The notes: generated by a model not told the origin, from the letters alone. A DNA stretch of 64,000 bases from Candidatus Daviesbacteria bacterium (GCA_016183305.1 JACPEW010000018.1:2280-66279), one strand, 5' to 3'. Positions 28,316 through 37,120 are shown, counted from the first letter of the stretch. Numbers and translations: made by a program.

Positions 28316-29124
28316 TATGTCCTTTCTTTTAACAGAACCAAAATTTCATCTACTACTTGGATAAACTTTTCATTAACTGTTTTTAACCTAGGACTTACTC
28401 TCACGAAATTTGTACATAAACCATTAAAATTGATTCCATCAACTATTGAAGGATCGGCAACGCAAAAACCAATTCTCAAACCGGCAAGTCCAAAACCTTT
28501 TGAGAAAGTTCTTAAAACAATCAAATTATCTATGTTCTGACATTCCCTTATAACTGTTTCTCCGCCGAACTCAATATTTGCTTCATCAACTATAACCAAA
28601 ATGTCTGTTGAGCGAACAAAATCTAAAATTGTATCTTTAGAGATAATATTACCTGTTGGATTATTGGGATTGCATAAAACAATTAGCTTGGTATTTTTAG
28701 TTATTCGCTTTCTTATATCAGTTAGGTCTATATCAAAGTCTGCTGTCATTTCCGACAAAACAACTTTACCACCTACAATCTGTACTGCTTTTTCGAACAT
28801 TGGAAATGTCAGTTTGGGTATTATCACTTCATCATTAGGTTTCAGGATAGCCTGTGGTAGAAGTTTAATAATAGCTTCAGAACCATTGGCCACTAAAATA
28901 CCTTCGGGATTTATCCGAAACATTTTAGATATGGTATTTTTAAGATCCTTTGAATCAGGATCGGGGTAATCAAAGAAATCCTTTAGCGAGATATCTTTTA
29001 AGGCCGTAACAACCTTAGGCGAGCAACCTAATGGATTTTCGCTTAACGAAAGATTAATCGGTAATTTCTCACCAAAAGCATATAACTTTCTAAAACTAAC
29101 TTGTGTCTGTATTGTGTTATTCAT
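28315..29124 (-). pseudogene. HisC/CobD-like PLP aminotransferase with an apparent in-frame internal deletion
   Basis: LSLSENPLG, YPDP, NPNNPTG, VDEA, RTFSKGFGLAGLRIG; jumps almost directly to FVRVS and is much shorter than typical family members. Confidence 0.7.
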
Positions 29125-29136
29125 AGTTTCTCCCAC

Positions 29137-29275
29137 AAAAAAACCTCCCATTTCGGGAGGATGTAAAATAATTCCGTTTTACCTACTATTAAACCACGAA
29201 ATTACCAACCTCCCTAAGAGAGGAATGATGCCAATAATAAGCATTGGTAGATTTCGTAGTTATAAAGGGATTGTA
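29137..29275 (-). promoter_or_regulatory. candidate leader-peptide transcription attenuator
   Basis: TGn-TACAAT; ORF MLIIGIIPLLGRLVISWFNSR (29179-29244); CCTCTC/GGGAGG stem competing with terminator CCTCCC-GAAAT-GGGAGG-T7. Confidence 0.6.
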
Positions 29276-29351
29276 ACACAAGCCCACAGAGTTTTCCTAA
29301 AAATGATCTGTTTTGACCACAAGGATCAATTTTTGTGCTAAGATAAATTGA

Positions 29352-29876
29352 GTGAACGCAGAATTAAAGAAACTTACCAAAGGGAAAGTAGCTGTTTTTA
29401 TTGATGCAGCCAATTTAGAGCTTTCAGCAAAAGACAGAGGGTGGAAGGTAGATTATAGAAAACTTTATAAGTGGTTAAAGGAAGCGGATCAACTAAAATA
29501 TCTCGGATTCTTTACGGTTCGTTTTGATAACAAATCCCACGATGCTTTTCTGACTATTCTCAAAAAGACAGGATACAAACTTGTTACCAAACCACTAAAA
29601 GTCATCAAAAACAAGTCAAAAGCTGGTCATACCAGAAAAGCTAATTTTGATGTAGAGATTGCAGTTGAGGCTATGAAGCAGATAGATTCTTTTGATACTA
29701 TGATACTTTTCTCCGGCGATAGCGATTTTGACTACCTTCTCAAGGAACTGAAAGGGGGAAATAAAAAGGTTATCGTAGTATCTACGAAATATCACATTTC
29801 CAGAGAATTGATAAAGAGGGCAGATACTTATATTGATTTAAGGAAGATTAGGAAGCTAATTGAAAGAAGGCCATAA
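29352..29876 (+). CDS. NYN domain (LabA/PIN-like) ribonuclease
   Basis: VFIDAANL, KANFDVEIAVE, LFSGDSDF, ADTYIDL. Confidence 0.93.
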   Translation: MNAELKKLTKGKVAVFIDAANLELSAKDRGWKVDYRKLYKWLKEADQLKYLGFFTVRFDNKSHDAFLTILKKTGYKLVTKPLKVIKNKSKAGHTRKANFDVEIAVEAMKQIDSFDTMILFSGDSDFDYLLKELKGGNKKVIVVSTKYHISRELIKRADTYIDLRKIRKLIERRP

Positions 29877-29930
29877 AAAAGCCCGTCTTTTGCAACGGGC
29901 GGTTGATAACAATCTGTTTCCAGACTGCAA
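29875..29930 (-). ncRNA. candidate small RNA of about 55 nt, convergent with the NYN gene
   Basis: TTGACA(29963-29958)-N17-TAAAAT(29940-29935); GCAGUCUG-GAAA-CAGAUUGU hairpin; GCCCGU/ACGGGC-U6 terminator. Confidence 0.6.
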
Positions 29931-30245
29931 AAGAATTTTACTAAAGTATAGTAAGAATGTCAATGACCTATAGCCTAAAATCCAAAACAAAGTTTATTAT
30001 GCATACTTATACATTTTTTAGACCTAAAGCATAAACTAAATCCGTTAAAAGTTCGTCAGATAGGAATAATCTGATAAACTTTGGCAGTCTGGCTAAGATC
30101 ACGTCAGGAGCTCCAGAGTAAAATTTAGGTTCGCAACAGGTCTGATTTGTACTAATTTTATCAATCCCACTCTCGAATCAGGTCCGATTACCCTCTCTGT
30201 TATAATTTATTTGCTTTTCAACAATATAAGATATAAAATAAGATC

Positions 30246-30614
30246 GTGAAACGGGAATTATCAGTTGCAGGACTCTCTTTATTGGGTGTCATACAATTAG
30301 TATATATACCTTATGCCATAGTGACACTAACACAATCTTTAAAGTGGAACTGGGATAGAGGGTTAGCAAATTCTTCATTTGTCAGAAATGGTGATTTAGC
30401 AGGATATATTTTGTCCTATATTGCATTTATAGTTCTATCTATTTTTGTATATAAAGATTTTAAAATTGTTCATAAGCTGATAGCAGCCAAGGATCATAAA
30501 CATTATTTAAAATCAGGCTTTTTGTTATTTGTTGAAAATATGATAGCAATTGTTGTTTTTGCGGCCGCTTTCCTTGCATTACTTTGGTACCACTGTCAAA
30601 AAGTTTATTGCTAG
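30246..30614 (+). CDS. hypothetical three-TM protein
   Basis: ORF track, hydrophobic segments. Confidence 0.55.
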   Translation: MKRELSVAGLSLLGVIQLVYIPYAIVTLTQSLKWNWDRGLANSSFVRNGDLAGYILSYIAFIVLSIFVYKDFKIVHKLIAAKDHKHYLKSGFLLFVENMIAIVVFAAAFLALLWYHCQKVYC

Positions 30615-30718
30615 ATGATTCTTGAGTAGGTGCAATTGAAAAGCTAATAGTTTTGCTTCCTCGTTTTGATCATTAAATAACTTTTTAAGTCCGACCCTAA
30701 TACCGTCTCCAGCTCCAT
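30610..30718 (-). repeat. cassette junction type D, copy 1
   Basis: plus strand ends ccgtctccagctcca; minus strand reads GAGDGIRVGLKKLFNDQNEEAKLLAFQLHLLKNH. Confidence 0.75.
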
Positions 30719-30796
30719 GAGGCTTAGATTGTTTGGACAAACTAAGCTAAAATTATCTCAACTGGTATTAATTGAACGTTAGAGAGTCTTTTTTGG

Positions 30797-31405
30797 TTAT
30801 GGCATTCCGCCGCAATACACATATTTATGAAGGATACCTGAATCACCAGAAGTTGCATCTATAAATATGCGATTATTCGTAGAACAAGCTCCAATTTCCC
30901 AATACCATCCACCATTTTGGAGCTTAAGAGTATTTTTATTCTCAAGATAACCCGTACCTATACCAGGTATATCAGCAGAAGAACCTTTGAGTAATCCAAT
31001 GCTAATGTCTGTTTCGCCAGCACTTGTGGTTGCCACGTTATATTTACGAGCTAATTCAAGTTTAATCTTTGGAGTAAATATATCTTGGTAACAGTTATCA
31101 TAATAATGACACTCCTTAACTTTATTCTCTATTTTAAGTTCGCTATAGATTTTAGTTAAATCCGTCGTACTATTTTTATTATTAAGCTCATCTTTTAAGG
31201 AAGCTACATTTTGAATGATTGGAACTTGAGACGACGTAGAAGTTGATATTTCAGGTACTGACTGAGATTTAAAATCCGAGGACGGATTAAATTTCTGTAC
31301 TAAATCATACTTTTTAATTACAAAGGATCCTCCAATAATTCCACCAGACATTAATAAAATTACTATAATAAAGATTAATGGAGCAAAACCTTTATCCTTG
31401 AGCAT
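30797..31405 (-). CDS. membrane-anchored protein with a pilin-like N-terminus
   Basis: MLKDKGFAPLIFIIVILL (KG/F plus hydrophobic stretch); Cys pairs in the soluble domain. Confidence 0.6.
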   Translation of the reverse strand: MLKDKGFAPLIFIIVILLMSGGIIGGSFVIKKYDLVQKFNPSSDFKSQSVPEISTSTSSQVPIIQNVASLKDELNNKNSTTDLTKIYSELKIENKVKECHYYDNCYQDIFTPKIKLELARKYNVATTSAGETDISIGLLKGSSADIPGIGTGYLENKNTLKLQNGGWYWEIGACSTNNRIFIDATSGDSGILHKYVYCGGMP

Positions 31406-31449
31406 TAATTGTATCTTATCATAGAAGCTTTAAAGTAGCACATGGACTT

Positions 31450-31631
31450 ACCCCTGTTGAGTGTGATGACATCTTTCGAAATGATTTTTCAAAATCTCGA
31501 GTTGATAAGCAAGTAATTTAGCTTCATCAGAACCATCATTAAACAGGTTGTCGAGTACGCCTGAAATCCCCTCACCCGCTCCAAACGAATTTTATCGAAC
31601 TCGTGAATTTTAGCTTCATAAAGTTGATGAA
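31450..31631 (-). repeat. cassette junction type D, copy 2, fused to a direct repeat of the tRNA-Gly 3' flank
   Basis: minus strand GAGEGISGVLDNLFNDGSDEAKLLAYQLEILKNH; cccgctccaaacgaattttatcgaact matches 25732-25758. Confidence 0.8.
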
Positions 31632-31650
31632 ACTTTTATCATTTCTATTT

Positions 31651-32490
31651 CTATTTCTTTAATAATTTTCTGCTTTGTTTTTTGGGCAAATAGTTTTGTG
31701 AGGTTGTTACTTTTCTGCCGGTTTCTTTCTCAAGATTAGATCTGGCATCTCCGGCAATTTTACCACCACGTCTTGAAACTTGTTTATTTTTCTCAAACCC
31801 TTTGGGATGTTCTGTTTTGGTAATTTCTGTGGTTACTGCTTCGCCAAGCTGAGAGAATAAAAGTTCTAAATCATTCATGTGATCACGCAGATTCTGACGT
31901 TGGAGTCCTTTTATTTTCTTGTATTCAGATGGTGTTATACCAAAAGTGGCTTTAGATATCTCGGCAGTTAGTATCTCATACTCTTTTGCAAGTCCTACAC
32001 CGTGTTTTTGCCACTGCTCTGTCAATTCCTCCCTGATGGCAATAGAACGCATCCGTCTTTCAATCCAGTCTTCAGGGTAGCCTTTCGCTTTGTAAAGGGC
32101 TCTTGCTCTCTTTTGTGCTAATTCCGGGTCTTCTATCTCCTGCACCCTTTTATATCCAACCTTAGCTAACCATCTCTTAAAAGGTTCTGCTTTTGGGGAA
32201 GGAATAGATTGGATAATCCTAAAAATACCTTCAGTATTTGCACATCTTACCTTCTGTTTTCCTCCTGTAGTTTCTATCAAAAGGGGGTGTTCAATTTGAA
32301 CCCACCCTTTAGCCAATTCTTTATCCCGGTTGAGCATATTTTTTAGGTATTGCTTGGGGTTTTGTGAATCTGTTAAGGCTTCGATTACATCAATAATTAC
32401 AAACCACCATTCATTTTTATGGATAGTTTTCCTGATTTTTCTATTTCGAAAGATCGCTATTTTAGTTATTTGGGTTATTTCTTGAGCCAT
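31651..32490 (-). CDS. Bro-N domain protein, copy 2
   Basis: highly similar to 26991-27827, including the upstream DNA. Confidence 0.9.
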   Translation of the reverse strand: MAQEITQITKIAIFRNRKIRKTIHKNEWWFVIIDVIEALTDSQNPKQYLKNMLNRDKELAKGWVQIEHPLLIETTGGKQKVRCANTEGIFRIIQSIPSPKAEPFKRWLAKVGYKRVQEIEDPELAQKRARALYKAKGYPEDWIERRMRSIAIREELTEQWQKHGVGLAKEYEILTAEISKATFGITPSEYKKIKGLQRQNLRDHMNDLELLFSQLGEAVTTEITKTEHPKGFEKNKQVSRRGGKIAGDARSNLEKETGRKVTTSQNYLPKKQSRKLLKK

Positions 32491-32608
32491 AAATTTCTTA
32501 CTTTAATGTTTATATTACAATACTTAATTAAAAATTGTTGCTATACTTTATTATACGTAGAAAACCCGTAACAACAAGTAATTAAGGTAGACAAAAAATA
32601 GCCTATCA

Positions 32609-32803
32609 TTAAATTAATGAATGTTTCAAAGCTAAATTAGATTCTAATTCATATAAAAAATCTGGTAAAATGGGGATAGAGTTAAATTCTTGGATAAATC
32701 CTGGCAGTCTGTGTAACAGTACATCAGGAGCTCCAGGCGGGGCAGTGTCCCCAGAAAAGTCACGAATATATTGATACAACGGGCTAATCAAGATAGTCTT
32801 CAT
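32609..32803 (-). pseudogene. probable C-terminal remnant of a large serine recombinase spanning junction C3
   Basis: ISPLYQYIRDFSGDTAPP-GAPDVLLHRLPGFIQEF; family assignment from recalled resemblance only. Confidence 0.5.
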
Positions 32804-32871
32804 AAGACATTTCCTCTCGCACCCAACAATTTATAAAATTTTAGCCTCATTTTGGTTCAAATCCCGTCTCT

Positions 32872-32935
32872 TTGCCAAATACTTGTCAATTATATTGACA
32901 AATAACTTGACAATTATAATTGTTCTTTATATAAT
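32872..32935 (+). promoter_or_regulatory. consensus sigma70 promoter with four phased TTGNCAA boxes
   Basis: boxes at 32872, 32883, 32895, 32907; TTGACA(32907)-N17-TATAAT(32930); ATG 6 nt later, suggesting a leaderless transcript. Confidence 0.75.
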
Positions 32936-32941
32936 TAAGGT

Positions 32942-33952
32942 ATGTTTAAACCAAAATATACTCTAATTCCCGAAATCCTCAATAATATTAATGAAATAGA
33001 AAGGCTTTATGGACGACTTGAGGGTTTAACTATTCCCCAGCATCTTTTATTAAATCTTGAACGGGATAATTTAATCCAATCTGTATATGTTTCAAATAGC
33101 ATTGAAGGGAATCCACTCTCTCAAGCAGAAGTTACCAACCTATTATTAAATGGTAGGGTACCGGTTAATCGGGATGAAAAAGAGGTTGTTAATTACTTTA
33201 AAATTTTAAAAACTCTTCATAAAAGAATTGGACAACCTTTTGATCTTAATATTATTCTTGATATTCATAAGGAGTTGATGGAAGCGGTTAATGATAAAAT
33301 CAAAGGTAAAATTCGAAATAAACAAATAGTGATAGGTAATTATGGTGAAGATAATAAAATTATTATTAAACATAATCCTCCGTTTCATACATATTTAGAA
33401 ATAGAGCAGTCTCTTAAGAAACTTTTGAATTGGATTCAAGATAGCGCTGAACCATCTATTTTAAAAGCAGGATTGTTTCATCATCAATTTGTCTTTATTC
33501 ATCCGTTTGAGGATGGTAATGGAAGAGTGTGCAGGTTATCAATGGCACTATTTTTATTAAAAAATAAATATCTTATTAATAAGTACTTTGTTCTTGATGA
33601 TTACTATGATATTGATAGACAACAGTATTCAGATAAATTACATACTGCTGATTTTGGTGATAAGACAGAATGGCTGGAGTATTTTACAAATGGAGTGAAA
33701 TATTCATTACAAAGCGCGCTTGGAAAAATTGAATCAGGACTTACCAAACTTACGTTTGATATTCGTCCAACTCCTAAAGAACAGGAAGCGTTAGAGATAA
33801 TACAAAAGTATAAAGAAATTAATTCCGCTGATTTAGTAAAAGAGCTGAATATAACAAGACAACAGGCATTCAATCTTTTAAGAGCGCTTGTAAAAAAAGG
33901 TTATCTTGAAAAAAAAGGCAGCACGAAAAGTAGTTTTTATATTTTGAAATAA
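32942..33952 (+). CDS. Fic family protein with C-terminal winged HTH
   Basis: SNSIEGN, HPFEDGNGRVCR, C-terminal HTH and GSTKSSFY. Confidence 0.93.
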   Translation: MFKPKYTLIPEILNNINEIERLYGRLEGLTIPQHLLLNLERDNLIQSVYVSNSIEGNPLSQAEVTNLLLNGRVPVNRDEKEVVNYFKILKTLHKRIGQPFDLNIILDIHKELMEAVNDKIKGKIRNKQIVIGNYGEDNKIIIKHNPPFHTYLEIEQSLKKLLNWIQDSAEPSILKAGLFHHQFVFIHPFEDGNGRVCRLSMALFLLKNKYLINKYFVLDDYYDIDRQQYSDKLHTADFGDKTEWLEYFTNGVKYSLQSALGKIESGLTKLTFDIRPTPKEQEALEIIQKYKEINSADLVKELNITRQQAFNLLRALVKKGYLEKKGSTKSSFYILK

Positions 33953-33963
33953 TAGCCGGCATA

Positions 33964-34356
33964 ATGAAACTTACACAGAGGCAGAGAGATAAATTATGGG
34001 GAGAAGACGGACCGTATTCTGAAGTTCATTTGATAATTGAAACGAGAATACTTGATGATCGGGAAGCCAGAAAATTTGTGATTGTTGAGCTTAATGTCAA
34101 CCCTTTGAGTTTTGAAATTCTTAAAAAGAATCGTAAGCAATTTGAAGATGATTTACTAATCCTGGAATTAATAGATCATGCTGAATATCGGGGACAATCA
34201 TTTGGTTATGTTGCTTGTGCGTATATTCATGAATATAATAATTCATCAATTCTTGTTGAAGCAGAAGAACATGCTGAATATTCAAAGAAAGCTTTAATTA
34301 AAATCCATAAATATGTGATGGATTTTTTAGGGATAAAATCTTCAAAAGCAAGGTAA
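33964..34356 (+). CDS. hypothetical protein
   Basis: 130-aa ORF directly after Fic. Confidence 0.6.
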   Translation: MKLTQRQRDKLWGEDGPYSEVHLIIETRILDDREARKFVIVELNVNPLSFEILKKNRKQFEDDLLILELIDHAEYRGQSFGYVACAYIHEYNNSSILVEAEEHAEYSKKALIKIHKYVMDFLGIKSSKAR

Positions 34357-34497
34357 AGATTGATAGTAGGCTCATTTTTCTTCCTCCTCAGCTTGATAGG
34401 CTTCCGTTAATTTGCTAAAAAGTTCTTTTCGGACCATTCATCCCCGCAGCAGAAGAATATTTTTGTTTTTAAAAAAATTCCAGATCACCATCTCATC

Positions 34498-34848
34498 TTA
34501 CAAGCCTTGAAGGTCTTGGTCAACTGAGGAAAATTCGCTATCTAAAGCAGTTTCTACACTGATACTATTAAGATCTTCTTCAAGGTTTTCTTCAACAGCT
34601 GGCATCGGAGTTTGAATTTGAGTAATGGCTGCAGGTTGTTCCTCTGTAGCAGCTTGTTGTCTGCTGCTCATCAGGAAATAAATTCCTGCCACTAAAGCAA
34701 TTACCACTACAAAACCTACTATTAACCAAAGTACCATTTTTTTGGAATCTCCAGCTGGAGGGGCAGCAACAGGAGTTTGGGTAGGTGGTTGCTGAGGAGA
34801 AGGTTGCGGTGCCGGATTAGGAGCAACAGTAGGATTATTGCTGTCCAC
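34498..34848 (-). CDS. single-TM protein with a Pro/Gln-rich N-terminus
   Basis: ORF track; in an operon with the upstream genes. Confidence 0.7.
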   Translation of the reverse strand: MDSNNPTVAPNPAPQPSPQQPPTQTPVAAPPAGDSKKMVLWLIVGFVVVIALVAGIYFLMSSRQQAATEEQPAAITQIQTPMPAVEENLEEDLNSISVETALDSEFSSVDQDLQGL

Positions 34849-35491
34849 TTGAGGTTGCCTCCTTGGCAGATTTTGCTACCCTGATAGCATTTGCTATTGC
34901 CTGTTTTGTGTTTATAACCAGTTTTCTTACTGTTTGAAGGTCACTGTGGAGCTTATCCCGCTGTGTTTTTGCATCTGTTTTAACTTTAGCTTCAGTGGAA
35001 ACTACAATTGTATAATCATTTTGAGCTTGGGTTAAAATAGCAGCAGAGGTAGAAGCCCAGGTTTGTCTTGCTGAAGTGATAGCTGTTCTAGCAGCAGCTG
35101 GATCTTTAATATCAGGTCTACCCTCATTTGCCCTGGTTTCTAATTTGTCTAAAATTCCTGACATAATAACTAAATGTTTTTGCATCTGAACTGTTTGATT
35201 TTGGTTGATCATATTTAAATTAGTGCTGATTCTAGCTGCTGCAGTGGCTTTTTCTTTATTTCTAAAGGTGGCTAACTTAGTTTTAAGGGCTGCTTCTCTG
35301 GATGCTTGGTTTTCTGTTACAAAAGCTATTTTTTGTTCTACTTTTTCTTTTCTTATCTCTTTTGCTTCCCTAGCTCTTTGCAAAAGCTTTTCCCTGGCAG
35401 TGCTTGAGGTGGTTGAATCTTGAGCTAAAACAGGGTAAACAGCAAGAACCAGTAGAAAAAAACCTAGAAAAAATAGAAGGAATTTGGACAT
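34835..35491 (-). CDS. secreted coiled-coil protein
   Basis: signal peptide MSKFLL...VLA/Q; long Ala/Lys/Glu helices. Confidence 0.7.
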   Translation of the reverse strand: MSKFLLFFLGFFLLVLAVYPVLAQDSTTSSTAREKLLQRAREAKEIRKEKVEQKIAFVTENQASREAALKTKLATFRNKEKATAAARISTNLNMINQNQTVQMQKHLVIMSGILDKLETRANEGRPDIKDPAAARTAITSARQTWASTSAAILTQAQNDYTIVVSTEAKVKTDAKTQRDKLHSDLQTVRKLVINTKQAIANAIRVAKSAKEATSSGQQ

Positions 35492-35523
35492 TGTTCTTAC
35501 TTTAACAAACATTAGTTTTTCTG

Positions 35524-36408
35524 TCAATCTATCACTCCTAAAATATAAGCCTGCAGAGGTTCAAAGATGCTGCGCTCCTTGCAGGCTTCTTTTAAAGCTT
35601 CAATATCTTCTGTTGAGAGGGTGGTATTTTGGTTGGTTTTATAGTACATAATAGCTTTAGAATTATTGTTATGAGGTAAAGCCAAAGCATGACCCAGCTC
35701 ATGAGCTAAGGTGTGAACTAATTCATTTTTATTAATATTAAAGTAAATCTCAATTCTGTTCTCTGGACTTTTAAATATCCCTTCTTCTGGTCTTTCTTCC
35801 AAAGTTTCATTAAAAGAAGAAATAGTCTGATTTAGTTTACTTACTTCCAAATTATATTGGTCTGTGGAGAGGTTTAAATCATCAGCCATAGTGTTTAAGC
35901 TACTGGCTTCCTGCCGGAGCTTTTGCTGCTGGTCAACAAGCTTTTGATATTCTTCAGGTGGTGCCCCTCCCTGGTTATTCCAATATCCGATCTGGTTATT
36001 AAGGGCATCTATTTTTGTTTTAAATTCTGCAGATAGTTTTTGATATTCACTAATTTTAGGTTTGAGTGTTTGCTTTTCTGATTGGACATTATTTTCTAAT
36101 TGGTTTATTTGGTTTGTTAGAAATTGCCTGCCATCATAAATTAAATTAATGCTTAAATCTCCTTCATGATCATAAAGAAATAGGCTTTTTTCATAATTTG
36201 TATTCCAAATTTGAGCAGCCTGATTGGTACTGGATAAAAATTCTTCTCTTGATAAATTAAACTTAGGGTCAACAGTATCAACCCGGTAGCGGATTGGTTT
36301 ATCACACCAAGAATAAGAAAAAACATTAGCTAGTAAAGCGGGAGGGTAGCTGATTGCCCAAACAAAAAAAGCAGTTAGAAACAAAGTTAAGGCAACAACT
36401 ATCTTCAT
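35524..36408 (-). CDS. matrixin-family (M10) zinc metalloprotease with a coiled-coil insert
   Basis: HELGHALALPH plus AIMYY Met-turn. Confidence 0.88.
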   Translation of the reverse strand: MKIVVALTLFLTAFFVWAISYPPALLANVFSYSWCDKPIRYRVDTVDPKFNLSREEFLSSTNQAAQIWNTNYEKSLFLYDHEGDLSINLIYDGRQFLTNQINQLENNVQSEKQTLKPKISEYQKLSAEFKTKIDALNNQIGYWNNQGGAPPEEYQKLVDQQQKLRQEASSLNTMADDLNLSTDQYNLEVSKLNQTISSFNETLEERPEEGIFKSPENRIEIYFNINKNELVHTLAHELGHALALPHNNNSKAIMYYKTNQNTTLSTEDIEALKEACKERSIFEPLQAYILGVID

Positions 36409-36460
36409 TAGTATTAATTCTAAAGAAAGAGGCAGACTATATCAAGTTCCGGTAGTATTT

Positions 36461-36640
36461 TTATGGCTTATGACCTACAATCAGGTTGTCTGTAAACCAG
36501 GAACCAGTGAATTTGTTAGCCTTTTTTGCCTGAGAAATATCTAATTTTGGTTTATCTATAGGAGCTGTCCATAAAGTAAATAGAGCTCCAAATATAGAAT
36601 CATTAAACATTTTTTTGAAGCTGGATTTTAAGTTAGGCAT
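36461..36640 (-). CDS. 59-aa hypothetical protein (not in the ORF track)
   Basis: MPNLKSSFKKMFNDSIFGALFTLWTAPIDKPKLDISQAKKANKFTGSWFTDNLIVGHKP. Confidence 0.4.
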   Translation of the reverse strand: MPNLKSSFKKMFNDSIFGALFTLWTAPIDKPKLDISQAKKANKFTGSWFTDNLIVGHKP

Positions 36641-36645
36641 ATTGT

Positions 36646-36774
36646 TTGCTCAGTTGAAGGGTAGGACCAAGAAACTAATTGGCAGATTTTTTTGATTTTG
36701 ATTGCCGTGCTATCTTGTCAGTACTTAATAAATAAATTTACCAAGTATTTCCTACCCTCAACCTAAGTGAGCAA
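36646..36774 (-). ncRNA. candidate structured RNA or leader of about 130 nt
   Basis: closing stems TTGCTCA/TGAGCAA and GTTGAGGGTAGGA/TCCTACCCTTCAAC with internal hairpins; strand inferred. Confidence 0.5.
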
Positions 36775-36871
36775 TTTATATAATAACTGGGATCTTTTTA
36801 CAGTAATTTTCCTTACTTAGAAATTGTAATTAAAATAACATTTTGTGAAAACTAAATTATTTTTTAGCTTT

Positions 36872-37120
36872 TTATTTTCTTTCAATAGTAATGGAGCACT
36901 CCGTAACAAGGGCTGCTATTGCTCCTACTGCAGCTAAAACAGGGGCTATTAAGGTTCCCACCACGCCAATAGTTAAAGGAAATTGGACTAAAGTTTGGCC
37001 TTCTTTATTTTTAATAGTAATGCTTCTAATATTACCCTCATGGATTAGGTCCTTCACCTTTTTCAAAAGATCTTCCCCTTTAACTTTATATGTTTCAGAC
37101 TTAGTATTTTTCTTTGCCAT
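36872..37120 (-). CDS. DUF4342 domain protein
   Basis: KVKDLIHEGNIRSITIK...PLTIG...LAAVGAIAALVTECSITIE. Confidence 0.85.
   Translation of the reverse strand: MAKKNTKSETYKVKGEDLLKKVKDLIHEGNIRSITIKNKEGQTLVQFPLTIGVVGTLIAPVLAAVGAIAALVTECSITIERK

Larger units (their letters stand above)
25732..34360. mobile_element. tRNA-Gly-anchored genomic island without integrase, made of repeat-delimited cassettes
   Basis: tRNA 3' end plus about 50 bp repeated at 31575-31631; duplicated Bro-N and 54-aa modules; Fic and NYN cargo; right boundary approximate. Confidence 0.75.

Noticed and set aside
29114..29341. 75-aa plus-strand ORF
   Set aside because: Antisense to the attenuator-like leader and has no recognisable features.
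29886..29934. Pseudoknot between UCUUUUGCA and the terminator loop UGCAAAAGA in the NYN-linked RNA
   Set aside because: The 9-bp complementarity is real, but most of the 5' strand lies upstream of the predicted start site of the best promoter.
25741..34360. Intact prophage or classical integron
   Set aside because: No structural, terminase or integrase genes; the junctions lack an evident attC RYYYAAC/GTTRRRY palindromic layout.
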